From Octopus sinensis (taxonomy: Eukaryota), in NCBI RefSeq assembly GCF_006345805.1, contig NC_042998.1, positions 147,870,001 to 147,934,000 of the forward strand: DNA of 64,000 nucleotides. Reading direction: 5' to 3'. The translations under genes and the position numbers were made by a program. Positions within the stretch are counted from its first letter, which is position 1. Every line of letters begins with the position of its first letter. The notes below the pieces were generated by a model that was given only the letters and a program-made list of their open reading frames with translations, did not search any database and was not told the DNA's origin. Below are positions 41,499-53,895 of the stretch, piece after piece.

Positions 41499-42332
41499 TA
41501 AATTGATAAATAAAATAAAACATATGCATATATACATACATATATGTACGTACCTACCTCTACATGTGTATATACATGCATATATGGGTACAGGACGCCA
41601 AAAAATGTCGAACACAATGAGAAATGAAAACATAAACACAAAACCAAGGAAATGGATATTCTTCTTAAACAACGAAAAAATAGAGTACAGGACATACAAT
41701 ACAAAGAAAATTCCCCTTCTTCAGTCGCCTTTGTTTCATCTACTCCGCGTTTCGAAGGTCAAGGCGAGACACGACTTTAATGAAACATTCCTTCCCGCGA
41801 AAAGCAAATTAAATAAAATTTGAGATTTTTTTGTGGATGGGTAAAAATGGTAACAAAAACAGGACAGTAACGACAGTACAAAATATAAACAATAAAAGAC
41901 AGGACAAGGAGAATAACAGTAACACAGACAAAAAGGTCTGTTAAGCCGAACGAGATAAAATATTACGATCGCTATTTTTGAGAACGGCGAAGGAGCCACA
42001 GAAAATGCCATCTACACTTGAAGGAAGCCAGGTCAGAAAGACAGTAGCAGAGCTCTCATCGCAGGTCAACGACGAGAGGGAGGAGGAGGAGCAAGAGAAA
42101 GGGAGAGAAAAAAGGGAATGGTTGCAGAGAAAACCAGAAAGAATGAAGAATGAGAGAGGGAGAGACAGTAAGGTAGAAGAAAAGGAAACCCGAAAGAATG
42201 AAGGCTGAGAAAGGGAGGGGGACAGAAAGGTTAAGAGTGCGCATCATTATTAACATTAAGAACAACCTTACTTAGAAATGGATGCGTGCGTTCCATCATA
42301 TAATAAATTAATAAATAAAATAAAACATATGC

Positions 42333-42343
<11 letters not shown>
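41495..42343 (-). mobile_element. Non-coding element with ~44-bp terminal direct repeats in (TA)n, Penelope-like architecture
   Basis: ataataaatt.ataaataaaataaaacatatgcatatatacata at 41495-41538 and 42300-42343; family assignment and strand are inference. Confidence 0.55.
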
Positions 42344-42393
<50 letters not shown>

Positions 42394-42475
42394 CCTTTCA
42401 AAATGTGACCTCGTGTGTACCGTTGGCGATTTTTTTCCCTCTGTCTTCCCTTCTCTGGATCTTTCTTTCTCCTAA

Positions 42476-42510
42476 GTTTCCGACGAAGAGCTCCGCTCGA
42501 AACGTTAAGC
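42476..42510 (+). ncRNA. Minimal type I hammerhead ribozyme-like motif (CCGACGA core) in a Penelope-like repeat (~42400-42600)
   Basis: gttt-CCGACGA-a-gagc-tcc-gctc-GAAA-cg-TT-aagc: stem I gttt/aagc, stem II gagc/gctc, palindromic stem III aacgtt. Confidence 0.6.
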
Positions 42511-42680
42511 CCTCCTTCTTTCCTGAGCATCCAATAATACTATATTTGTTCCACGTCCTCGTGTTGTGTTTTTTTGTGCTTTCTTGTTTGGATTAACTAT
42601 ATATATATATATAAATTTTTTTTCATAATGAGATAAAAAAATCAAGGCTGTGTAGATTTTAGAACATTTATAGATAGAAG

Positions 42681-42728
42681 GTCCTACAGCTGTTTCCAGG
42701 ATATTTATTTTATTCTGTCATTGGAGAA
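42681..42728 (-). ncRNA. Decayed minimal hammerhead motif in a Penelope-like repeat
   Basis: Minus strand tct-CCAATGA-cagaata..tatcctg-GAAA-cagctg-TA-gga: palindromic stem III acagctgt, GUA cleavage triplet. Confidence 0.6.
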
Positions 42729-44344
42729 GGTGTGAGGGGATCGTTAAGTAATAGTTGATTTAGGTAAGATATGAAATAGAGAGTGAAGTGGAGGAATGAA
42801 AATAGGTGTGAAATATGTAGGGATATTATATTTGTAGATCCATTATTTAGGCAGAAAGGTATACATATAAGATTTCAATACCTTATGAGTAAAATCCAAT
42901 AGTATTTAAAATTGGTCATTCCAAGTATAGAGTTTATACACTGTGTTATTGAATCAAGGATTTTATTTAAAGTGACCTAAAAGTAGGGAATGTATTAGGG
43001 TCAAATCGAAAACAGGAAGAGAGGAATAAAGAAAAAGAAAAAGAGAAAAGAAAGAGAAGAAAGTAAGAAGAAAAATAAAATAATAAAAAAAGAAAAACAG
43101 GAAGAGAGGAATAAAGGAAAGAAAGAAAGAAGAAAAACAAAGATATAGATAAGGGAAAGTATATATCATTATATATATATATATATATATCATACCAATT
43201 AGGTGAACACAGAAGCAAGATAGACTTCTTACTCATCCAGAAAGGGATAAATAAAAGGTTGTGAATACTAAGTCTTTTCCTGCTGAACATAAACTTGGGT
43301 TAGTAACTTCAAAGTATAAGTTTGATGGATTCTGGGACAGACTACCAACCAGCAGTCAGTTCAGATAAGTATTAATTGGTGCATAAAACAAGATATAGGG
43401 TGAGGTTGAACCAGCTACTTTACAGGATATATGGGAAGATATGTTAATGGTGGCAAACTGGACTTCTGGTTGGGGCATGGTCCTAGCTATAAAAGAGGGT
43501 GATGTAGTGGTGGGACAGCCCTATGGGTGGAGTTTGAAAGAAAGGGGATAGTAAGGAGCAATATCAAGTAGTAAGAGGAAATTAGACGTTAAGTACACTT
43601 AGTTTTGGAGGAAACCAAAGTTAAGATGGTTGCCAGTGTTCTAAGATGTAATGATCAGAGGTGAGATATTTCAGATTGCAAGGCAGTGTGCCAGTGAAAA
43701 TTGAGATGTTAGCAAGAAGTGTATTAGGTATGAGAGTGGTGCACTTGTCCTTACCAGTGCTGTAAATAATGAGGTATGGAATAGCTGTTTAAGAAGATTG
43801 CACTGGAAAAAGAGGGCCTACCACAAGTTGGCTTAGCAGAGGGGTCAACCAGTCAAGTTGACAGCAGTATAGTAGATGGATAATTTTAAGGTATAAAGAT
43901 GCACTCAGTACATGTTGTAATTTGGCTGGTGATAGAAATGGCATCCATCTACAGAAACACAGCCAAAAACGAAAACTACTTGGTCTATAGAATAATGAAG
44001 CTGAATATTAACATTTAGTTCATCATGCTATCATTTCTGCACACTGCTGCTCTTGCTATTAATATTGTTTATAATAAACAATTGGCTATCTTTTTCAAGT
44101 ATGTATTCTAGTTTTCAAAGTTAAAATTTGCATCATCATCATTTTATGTCTGTCTTCCATGCTGGCATAGGTTGAATGGTTTGACATGATATGAAGAGTC
44201 AGACCTTCATGTTCCACCTCAGTTTTTTCCTATGACTAAATGCCCTTCCTAATGCCAACCACTTCACAGTGCACACTGGATACTTTTGTTGTGGTATTGG
44301 ACCAGCGAGTCACCTAACTATTTGTCAGACTAGTTTGAGGGAGA

Positions 44345-46270
44345 AGCCCTTTGTTACCAACAAAGGTAGTAGCTCTCTGAACTTTGCCCAGCCTATTCTT
44401 ATTCTAGCAATTACACTTTGTGTTTTCCTCCTCCACTGCTAATTTGGTTACCTAGATAATGGAAACTATCTACTACTTTGAAGGGGACCACCATTACCAC
44501 TGGACATTTGAGGAAGTCTATTTTCTGTACATTCTTAGTGTTTATTGTACCTGCACAACTGCTAAGCACAAAGACTACTTTCTCTGTTAACCTTCCTATG
44601 ATACTGCTGCACTTCTCATATATCCATAGTTTGCACTGGGTACTACACTGAATGGAGTTTCTACCAACACTTTTTTTTACATATTAAGCAGGCCATTTCC
44701 CTGAAGGGATTAATTATTTGTCTGTTTTCCTATGTACTAGGACTTTGCTCTTTACTACATAACCTTAAAGCCCTTTGATTCGAAGCCTTGCTTCCACACT
44801 TTAAATTTCCCTAATTTTGGTAGTGATTCAACAATAAGTACAAAGTCATCAGTGTAGAGGATCTCCCAAGGGCAGCCAGTCTTAAATTCCTCTGTTAGGG
44901 TCTGAAGGACTATAATAAACAAGAGTGGGCTGAGAACCAATCCTTGGTGAGCTCCAACTTGTACACTAAATTCCTTGCTATAGTCATTACTGACTTCCAC
45001 CTTATTGACAGCTTCCCTGTACATGGCTTATTCAGCTCTCACCAACCACTCATATATCTCTAGCTTCCACATTCGACCACCAGATAAAGGAGCGGGTTTT
45101 GCTCATGTTGACAAAAGATGAGTACAGAGATTTATTTTTGGCTAAATGCTTCTGCATTTGCTTCACTAGGAAGATAGCATCAGTAGTGCCTCTTCCTGGC
45201 ACAAAACCAAACTGAGTTATGACCCTTTCTGTGACTTCTGTCACCTGGTCCAGCCGGCAATTTGATACCGCTATAGTTATTTTTGTAGTTATTTCTAGCA
45301 GTTGACTACAATGCTGCTACACCAGGTATTGAGTATTACTCCCTTGTGGACAAACTGGTTAACTATATGGGTGACAAGGCCATATCCTACTCCACCAGAT
45401 ATTCTAAGCATCTCAGTGGTGATTTGTGGTGAGCCTGGTGCTTTCTCTGTCTTCATATCCTCAATTGCTTTATCTGCTAGGCTACTGTTGATTCCGATAG
45501 GCAGACTCTTCTCTCATACATTCTCTACATTTAACAGCTTTTCATAGTGACATTTCGGGGCCTCTTTCTTTGCAGAATCACTAACTGCTAGTGAACCATC
45601 ATCTTTGCAAATGCACTTCTCTCCTACATCACAAAATTTTCTCTGTCACACTATCTTGCAATTTGGAACACCTCAAGCCCCTGGTCCACACTCCGCTGAA
45701 TTTTGGTGAATTTTTTCCTTTCTGCTTTCCCCCCTAGCTAAACATATGACTTCTAGCTTTATGATATAGTTTTCTGCTAACACCACTCTTCCAGTCCAAT
45801 TTCTTTGCTCTAATGGCCCTGTGTACTTCCCTGTTTTTCTACCATGTCACTTTAGGTTTGGAGGGGACTTTGGTCCAATTTTGGACCAAATTTGGTCAAT
45901 GGTCCTTATTAAGTTGTCCTGTAGGAATCTCCATTTGTCCTTCATGTTATATATAGGTTACTATCTCCTCTTCCTTTTTGTCAAATGCTTCAGTTAGAAT
46001 GTCTCTAAATCTCTGACTATTCAGAGGACCTTTAAGCTTTCAGATCTTTCTTTTCTTCTTCACATCCTTCTAACCTAGAGTTTGAAGTCACTAATGACTA
46101 GCCTATGTTGAGGAGTGTACTCTTCACATGGGAAGGACTTTGCATTTATAAGCAACCATCTTTCCCACTTTCTGGTGAGAATGTAGTCAATGTGGCTTGT
46201 GTGGCCACCAGATTGATAAGTGAACAGGTGACTGGCTGACTTTCTGTAGTTAGTATTGCAGATCATAATG
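44345..46270 (-). mobile_element. RTE-clade LINE, decayed EN-RT, same family as 13009-13815
   Basis: TYQSGGHTSHIDYIL, QHRLVISDF, QFGFVPGRGTTDAIF, VGAHQGLVLSPLLF, LYTDD; PHD-like insert at ~44547-44703. Confidence 0.9.
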
Positions 46271-47224
46271 GTTTGTGCTCTTTTGAACTGTTGCACACTA
46301 TTCCCTTCAAAGTCCACTTGTTGCCTGTCTTCCTCTAAGCATCAATACTATCTCACTTCCTGTGCTAAACTCTTCACCAGGTCTTTCCTTCCCAGAACTA
46401 CAACTTCTTTGAACTCTCTGCCCACCTACACCTTCCTTATAATTAGCAGTAGAAACAAGTTCAAGTTGAACAAAGGTGATGAGTACTGTTTTCCCTTTTA
46501 AGGTCAAATAATACTAATTAAACAAAAAATACAAAGATATAGCTTTTAAGGTAAATGTGCCAAGAGTTACAGAGTGAACCATGAAAAGACAAAAAAACTT
46601 CTCTATTGTGAGCTACTTTAACATTTAAAAAAAATATTATACATAGATAATTTAAATATTATGATAAAATAATTTTAGATACATTAATGTGAGTTAGTGT
46701 GATGTTTAAACCAAGTGCTCTTCAACTGATATTGGCTTTGAAAGACATGCAAGTATAAGTTAATCAATAAAAAAAAAACCTACTGAAGTGATGACGGGAT
46801 AAATTGATGGCGAGTGAAAATTTGTATTTAGACTTATTTGTTAATCTTCCTGGTTTTTGTTTGTAAAGTAGGAATATCATAAGATGGGCCTAACCTGTGT
46901 AATTACAAAATTACAAACTATTTTGAGGTTACATTTCCCTAATGTTAACATGATGCTTTAATTGATGTAGATTTGTCTTCCTTTAATCATCATCACTATC
47001 ATCATTGTTGTAGCATCCACTTCTCCATTTTTGAAAAAATTTGCTGAGGCATATTTTCTACAGGAAGGACAGCCAACCCACCTGATTCCAAGCAATATAA
47101 TATTTCCTCTTAGCCAAACATACTTTTCATAGAAAACTGGGAATGAACAACACCACTTTTATGATACTCGTTTACAACCCTCTCATGATGTTAAGACAAG
47201 AGTACACACAAACATGCATGCACA

Positions 47225-47380
47225 CACATGATCCTCTTTCAGTTTCTGTGTACCAAATCTACTCACAAGGCTTTGGTCAGCTTGGGACTGTAGTAGAAGA
47301 CAGTTACCCAAGGTGTCATGCTGTGGAACTGAACCCAAAACCAAATGGTTTTGAAGTAAGCTTTGAAGCCACACAGCCTT
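47225..47380 (-). mobile_element. tRNA-derived SINE
   Basis: Reverse complement of the 50978 family (tttcagtttc..taccaaatc.actcacaaggctttggtc...agccacacagcc). Confidence 0.75.
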
Positions 47381-49332
47381 TTGAAAATATTAAAACTTTA
47401 AATATTCAATGATTAAAATGCTGGTTTTTTTTCAATTGAACATTATCATAGAGATAGTGGTATATTTTGTTCACACTAGAGAGGGACAATGTAATTGAAA
47501 GGCCAGGTTGAAAATTTTAGAGGCATGTAAACTTCCAATAGAGATATACCAAACAATGTACCATAGACATCCTAATCTGGGTATTAATCAACTATACCAG
47601 CTTTATGATCTTGATGATTTAAAGGAGTATTGATTTCTTTGGAGTCAACACAAAAGACATAAAAAAAAAAAAAGGACAGGGTCATAGATAGTATTTCTTT
47701 TATTAGCTCTTGATTTGAGATGAATGACAGAAAAATTAGAAAACAAGTTTTGTTTTCAAATTATGACACTTTATATTAATAATCTCATTAACATCAAAAT
47801 TTTTCATTAAATCTTATATTTGTTGTCATTTTAGATGTTTGTCAACTATATTTGGTTCTTTTTTAAAAACTGATTTTGTTTCATTTATTTAAGAAATGTG
47901 ACATTTTAAAATTATGAGCTCTACTTTCATTTAATTCGAAAAATAGTAATTATAAACTATCTAATTTATTTTTTTGTATAGCTATCATTTTTTGTAAGGT
48001 TTGCATCATGAGGGGTTGGGTAGCTGTTGAAATGAGAGAAATAATTTCCAAGCTCATTTATGCCTTCATATTTTACAGTTTGGTTGCTTTTATTTTCATA
48101 TTAAGAGCAGTTATTTTTAACATTACTTTACTAAATTATGAAATGAGATTAGCATCTCTTCTCAGCAGGTAAACTATATATACCCTTTTCTTTTCTGAAT
48201 AAAGAGTGTTCAGTGAACATCTGACAAAATATCCTTTGGGCCTATCTCAACCCTTCAGCTATCCTATTTCAAGATAATAAAGATTTTAGTGCCACTTTTT
48301 ATATGAGAAAATCTTTGGTCTTAATATTTTTACTCAGTGTACACAAAATATGCAAAAATTTCAGTCCCATGCTAGTGTTGAAGTAAATGTCAAAAGGAAA
48401 CCAGAATCAAAGAACCAAAGTAATTTTTTTATAATGTTCTTTGTCTGTCTGGTTTTTAATTAAAAATGTGTATTCAGGTCAAAATGTAATTTTGAGTCTG
48501 TACAAAATGTTTGTTGTATGTATACTTGAAATGCACCATACTTTTAAAGTTGGATATTCCACACTCCAGAAAAACATATTTTGAATTCAGATGTGTATAT
48601 AGTGGTTTGTCTGCAAGATTATATGACACTTGTAAAGTGAATTCTCAGTTTTGTATATCATTACCCTTAACAATTTAGGAACTAATTGTATGAAATTTAA
48701 CTTTGTGCTAATTTATAACGTAATACAGCCCTGGACTGACCAGTGCCTTGTGAGAAAGAGATAAAAAGTTGTATGGAGGATTTTAATATAGATATGTACT
48801 TATCTATGTATATTCCACTTGTCTTTGCCATAATGTCAGCAAAACCAGTGAGAAGCATTTACATCTCCTGTAAACAAAATGTCCTGTAACCTAGGGCTTT
48901 TACAACATGTGGACCTCATTGGAATAAGATTTCCTTTCTTGAAAAAACAAGTCAGGGTTGGTAACAGTACTATCTCAATTTCTTTTTAACTCTTGTTATT
49001 TTGAATGAATGTGGATGTTAAAATGATGATGATGATATTTCAACATTCACATTTCCATGCATGTATCAGACAGAATTTGTTGAGGCAAATTTTTTATGGT
49101 TGTATGCCCTCCCTGTTACCTTTCCTTATTTTCCCCATGGTCAAACAGGTTTTCATGGAAAATTGAAATTGAATGAAATGATTTGCATGATGGTGGTGCT
49201 CATTTATACTTCTCAAATAATGTAAAGATGCGTATAGACAAACACACACTTAAGCATGCACACACATATCGACTTACATATATTTTAAGATTTCGCTTAG
49301 GTGTAGCATTACTAACAACTGGTGTTAACTCA

Positions 49333-49375
<43 letters not shown>

Positions 49376-49574
49376 CTTCGGACTAAAGTGCTAGTCAAGT
49401 ACAGAATATGAAATTAAATAAATGACAAGGGAATAGGAATTATGTAATCAACTTTGTAAGCTTACAACTATTTCTACTAGAAGGTGCAGTGCACTCATCA
49501 ACTTATAGCTTCCTTGAGCTCCTAAAATAGTACATACATGCGCACGTGCACACTCATACACACACACACAATGG

Positions 49575-49725
49575 ACATCGTTAAACTTCTGTCTACCAAA
49601 TCCACTCTCAAGGCTTTGGTTTGCTTGGTGATATAGTAGAAGGTACTTGTCTAAGGTGTCACACAGTGAGACTGAACCCAAAATATTGTAGTTGGGAAGC
49701 AAACTTCTTAATCACACAATCATGT
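49575..49725 (-). mobile_element. tRNA-derived SINE
   Basis: ctaccaaatccactctcaaggctttggt...gggaagcaaacttcttaatcacaca. Confidence 0.75.
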
Positions 49726-50291
49726 CTTTGTGTATGTACATTTATATATGAATATATATAAATAAAATTAAGCTATTATGACCAAACTTATATTCCAGAT
49801 AAATTAATTCTGAACATTACATATTCCAAAGCAAACTTTTATTCACCAAATATTTCTGTTGTCTGATGATTTCAATGTATTTATTTTAATAATGCTAGGT
49901 TGGATAATCTTGCAAATTTGTGGAACATGTATCTGTACTGTACACCAATTTACTCAACATCAATCACATATGCTGTGTTTAGTGATGTAGATGTTGCAGC
50001 TGGCTGGTTTGTACTGTGTCTTGGCCCAATACACCCAACAGTTATACCTAATTCTACCTTACTGTTCAAGCAGCAGTTTTATTGTATAATAGATGTTTCA
50101 TTAGTTTGCTGTATTGGATTCTAATTCTGTGGGGCCTTTAAAAGGCAATAGGCAAATTATTTCTGTGTGATGTCTTTTGTAACATGATATGGTGACTGTC
50201 TTCAGCTAAAACTGCATTGCATCTTGATTTAGAAAGTCTCTTTCATTTAGTTTCAATTCATGAACTGTGTGCTTCTAGTATTGAGTCTTAA

Positions 50292-50511
50292 CTCTTTAGC
50301 ATTCACACTGGCCACATCTGGCCAAAATATTTTACCTGCTTTATGTTAAAACTGGCCAAATTTTGCCCTTCATACCTACCCTACAATGTCATTCTAAAAG
50401 TAAACAATCACATTATCAAAATCTGGAAGTTACAATACAATTAATGATTAATTTAAAACAATGTGAATCCATAAACATTACATTTGATAGAGAAATCTGA
50501 ATCCTAGAGGG
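50292..50511. mobile_element. piggyBac-type MITE, 220 bp
   Basis: TTAA on both flanks; TIR ctctttagcattca / tgaatcctagaggg (11/14). Confidence 0.75.
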
Positions 50512-50521
50512 TTAATCACTG

Positions 50522-50555
<34 letters not shown>

Positions 50556-50977
50556 TCATCATCATCATCAGAAGCACAGTTAAAGGAAAATTGAAGTAAA
50601 AGACATGATGATATAGTTAGTTGCCTTGATCTGCAAAGACATTCCTCCAATAGTGCCTGTTCTGCATTGAAGTCAACAATGGAGGACAGGGATTATTGGA
50701 GGAACATGTGCAAATCATGGAAACTAGCTATATCCTTAAGTCCTTTACTTTAATTTTCCTTTAACTGTTTTTAAGAATTGAGTGTGATAATTCTTGTAAT
50801 TGTGCATATGACTCTGAATATGCAAGCACTTTATTTGAGCCCATCAGCAGTGGCGGCAGCAGTTGCATTGGTACCTCGGGGAACATGCGCTCCTCCACAC
50901 TGCTTGCTCTGCCTGCTACCACCACAGTAGCTGCAGCAACTATTGTTGGCAACGACCGACTGAGCGAGTGATGAATA

Positions 50978-51345
50978 GACACAGGAGTGGCTGTGTGGTA
51001 AGTAGCTTGCTTACCAGCCACATGGTTCTGGGTTCAGTTCCACTGCATGGCACTTTGGGCAAGTGTCTTCTTGTATTATAGCTTCGGGCCAACCAAAGCC
51101 TTATGAGTGGATTTGGTAGATGGAAACTGAAAGAAGCTTGTCATATATGTATATGTTTGTCCCCCCAATATCGCTTGACAACTGATGCTGGTGTGTTTAT
51201 GTCTCCGTAATGTAGCAGTTCGGCAAAAGAGAGCGATAAAATTAGTACTAGGATTACAAAGAATAAGTCCTAGAGTCAATTTGCTCAACTAAAAGCAGTG
51301 CTCCAGTATGGCCGCAGTCAAATGACTGAAACAAATAAAAGAATA
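50978..51345 (+). mobile_element. Full-length tRNA-derived SINE
   Basis: A-box tggctgtgtgg, B-box ggttcagttcc, CORE-like ttgggcaagt, 3' hairpin cagtcaaatgactg, A-rich tail. Confidence 0.85.
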
Positions 51346-51393
<48 letters not shown>

Positions 51394-52206
51394 TATAAGT
51401 ATTGTTTTAGAAATCAGTTATAATCATTTTTCAAATTTTCATTCATCTCAAAATGAACTCTTTTACTATTCACTCCTTGTTTAACATTTATGTTAAATTC
51501 TTTCCATTTGTATAATTTTCTTTTTAATGTTTCATTTTTGTTTCATTGTTCTTGTGCATCACAAACATATGTGGAATTTCTGATATTTCCCTGTTTCTGG
51601 CTACTTTTCCATTGTATTATATCAACACAGGGGCAAATCTGCAGTATAATATATCTTCATTAGGCCTTATCTCTGTCATCTCACCTATCATATCTAACAT
51701 GCTCAAATCTGATCTAATTATTTTGCTCTGTATTTTTCCTTGGCTTATCTCTAGCTCAGTACATTTACATTGTAGTTTATCCTGTTGCCAATACTAATAA
51801 AGTTGCTTTCTTAACTGATGTTCAGAGTGTCTTTGTCTCTCATACCATTGATTATACAAAATCTCATAATATAACAAAGGTCTTGGTTTTGATGTAGAAA
51901 TGAAAAGATCAAATATTTTCACAGGCGTGAGTTCCACTGTACTATCGTGGTTTTTGTGTTGGATTTAATTAACTTGCTTGTTAGGAATCAGTGGTACTAG
52001 ATCATCTGGGAGTATTACTGAAGATTTTCATAGCCCATTGAAGGGAACATTTATCTCTCATCTGCTTGCTTACTTGAAGCCACAACTAAGCACCAACCTT
52101 TAAAGCTCTTGTTGTTAAGAGGCAGTAAAATGTGTAAATTACTTTCAACTTTTGACTAACTATACTTTCATCAACATAATATCTTTGACACATGTATTAT
52201 TTAATT

Positions 52207-52499
52207 CAGGGATTGGCAAAAGTGCTGATCCATGGGGGAGTCTATGTGACTATCCAAGGGGGCTGGTATTTCAACTACATCAATATGATGAAATATTTAT
52301 CAATTTCGTTAAGTATTTTCATCAAATTTCTTCAAATATTTCCTATTAAAAAGTGGTAATGACTCAAGAATGAAAGAACTATGTTTTTAAATCAAGAAAT
52401 TTTATTATTTTCAATTTTATTTAAAAAAAATTTACATGATTAGGGCTTGATAATGATTCCACAAAAATGACAGTAATATAAAAAGTTTACCAACCCTTG
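52207..52499. mobile_element. hAT (Buster-type) MITE, 293 bp
   Basis: TIR cagggattggcaaa / tttaccaacccttg (11/14); perfect 8-bp TSD atttaatt. Confidence 0.85.
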
Positions 52500-53299
52500 A
52501 TTTAATTCATCTTTTGTTCAGAACTTCTTTTAGCTGGCATTTCTTCAAACTTCCAACAACTTCATTTGCTGTTGGTGACTCTCTTGCCAATATCTATATC
52601 TTTAAACTGTCTCTATCTTAACATACCTTCATAACTTATCTGTTATACAAATCTGTTATACAAATACTCAGAGTGAACCATAGATTTCAGGATTGTTTCC
52701 TTATCAAGTATGTAACTGTTTATAATTTCACATTTTGTCTTATGGCACTGGTATTGATTTTCTATTTCTTTTCACTGGGCCCTTCTATTTCTTCTCTGCT
52801 ACTGAAGTGAAGGCTCGTGTTGGTAATTAGTTCTAGGATCTTAATGAAATTCAGATTCTGGGAATCCACTCGTGTCTCTATCAGCAAAAATTAGCCAATG
52901 GAGTAAAATTATATGAAAAAATAAAGAAAACACAGTGTAATAAACCGTTTGGAAATGGGGAATTTTATGAACATTTGAAAATATGAGGACATTTGAAGCA
53001 TTTTATGAACATTTTTGAACCTAGAAAAAGAGAATTTAAGAGAGGGTTGTTTCTGTAAGTGATGATGATGATAAGGTATACCTGAGTGAGTGCATGGTTT
53101 CTTGTTGGAGAGATGGATGATGAGCAGAATGTTGGTCTCGTGCAAAAGGAGAGAGAAAGAGAGAGAGAACTACAAGTAGGTGTTAGCAAGTATATGTGAG
53201 GATGTTAGTATGCTATAAGTAGGTGAGTGTAAGAGTCAAATGGTATGTGTGTGTGTGTGTGTGGGGGGGGGGCAAAGTGAAAGGAGTCGGAGTTTGAAG

Positions 53300-53890
53300 T
53301 AAAATAATTGATTGTTGATTTCAATGGGAGAGAATGTCTTCAAATGTAAGTTCAGTAGTTATTTATGAGGGTATCCAATGGGTGATGAACTTTGGTGTTG
53401 AAGTCCAGCCTGAAAGGTCATAGTAGGAATGGTCAGTAGAATTGGAATGTATGCAATAGGTTTCAGATATTCAGGGCTGTTATGTTGCACATACTAATCT
53501 GCATCTGATTAATTCATATGCTTCAACAATGCAGAGCTGGTATTTTATGCAATAATTTACATTACTGGAGGTACAAGTGAAAGTGCCCTTAACTTGTAAA
53601 GAAGACCTAAGATTATGTAAGAGATTCAAAGAATAGGTTCTGCAGTAGAATTAAATGGATAATCCATGTTGGGTGTGGAAAGAGGTTACATAGGTTGAGA
53701 TTGTCTAAAAGAGTGAGCATAATCAGGTTGGATTTGAGAAAATGGAAATTGTGAATGGCATATTGGAGAGGGTAGAATAGAAGGTGAGGTAGAGAAAGGA
53801 ATGCAGCTGGGATTTTTGCAGAGTTGTGGTTAATAATTTAGATGTGATGATGGATTGTATCAATGGTAGGTTGAAGGTAGTTTGAAGCAT
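53300..53890 (-). mobile_element. Decayed Penelope-like element, GIY-YIG endonuclease region
   Basis: Minus strand LQVKGTFTCTSSNVNYCIKYQLC (~53600-53530) matches the PLE motif FTCxSxNVIYxIxCxxC; boundaries approximate. Confidence 0.65.
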
Positions 53891-53895
53891 GGATA

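Noticed and set aside
50978-51050. tRNA gene
   Set aside because: A and B boxes belong to a multicopy SINE head; no complete cloverleaf
53045-53112. Possible further CCGACGA hammerhead (minus strand ccaacaa...gaaac) beside the GIY-YIG relic
   Set aside because: Compatible with double CpG decay, but no stem II or III can be drawn
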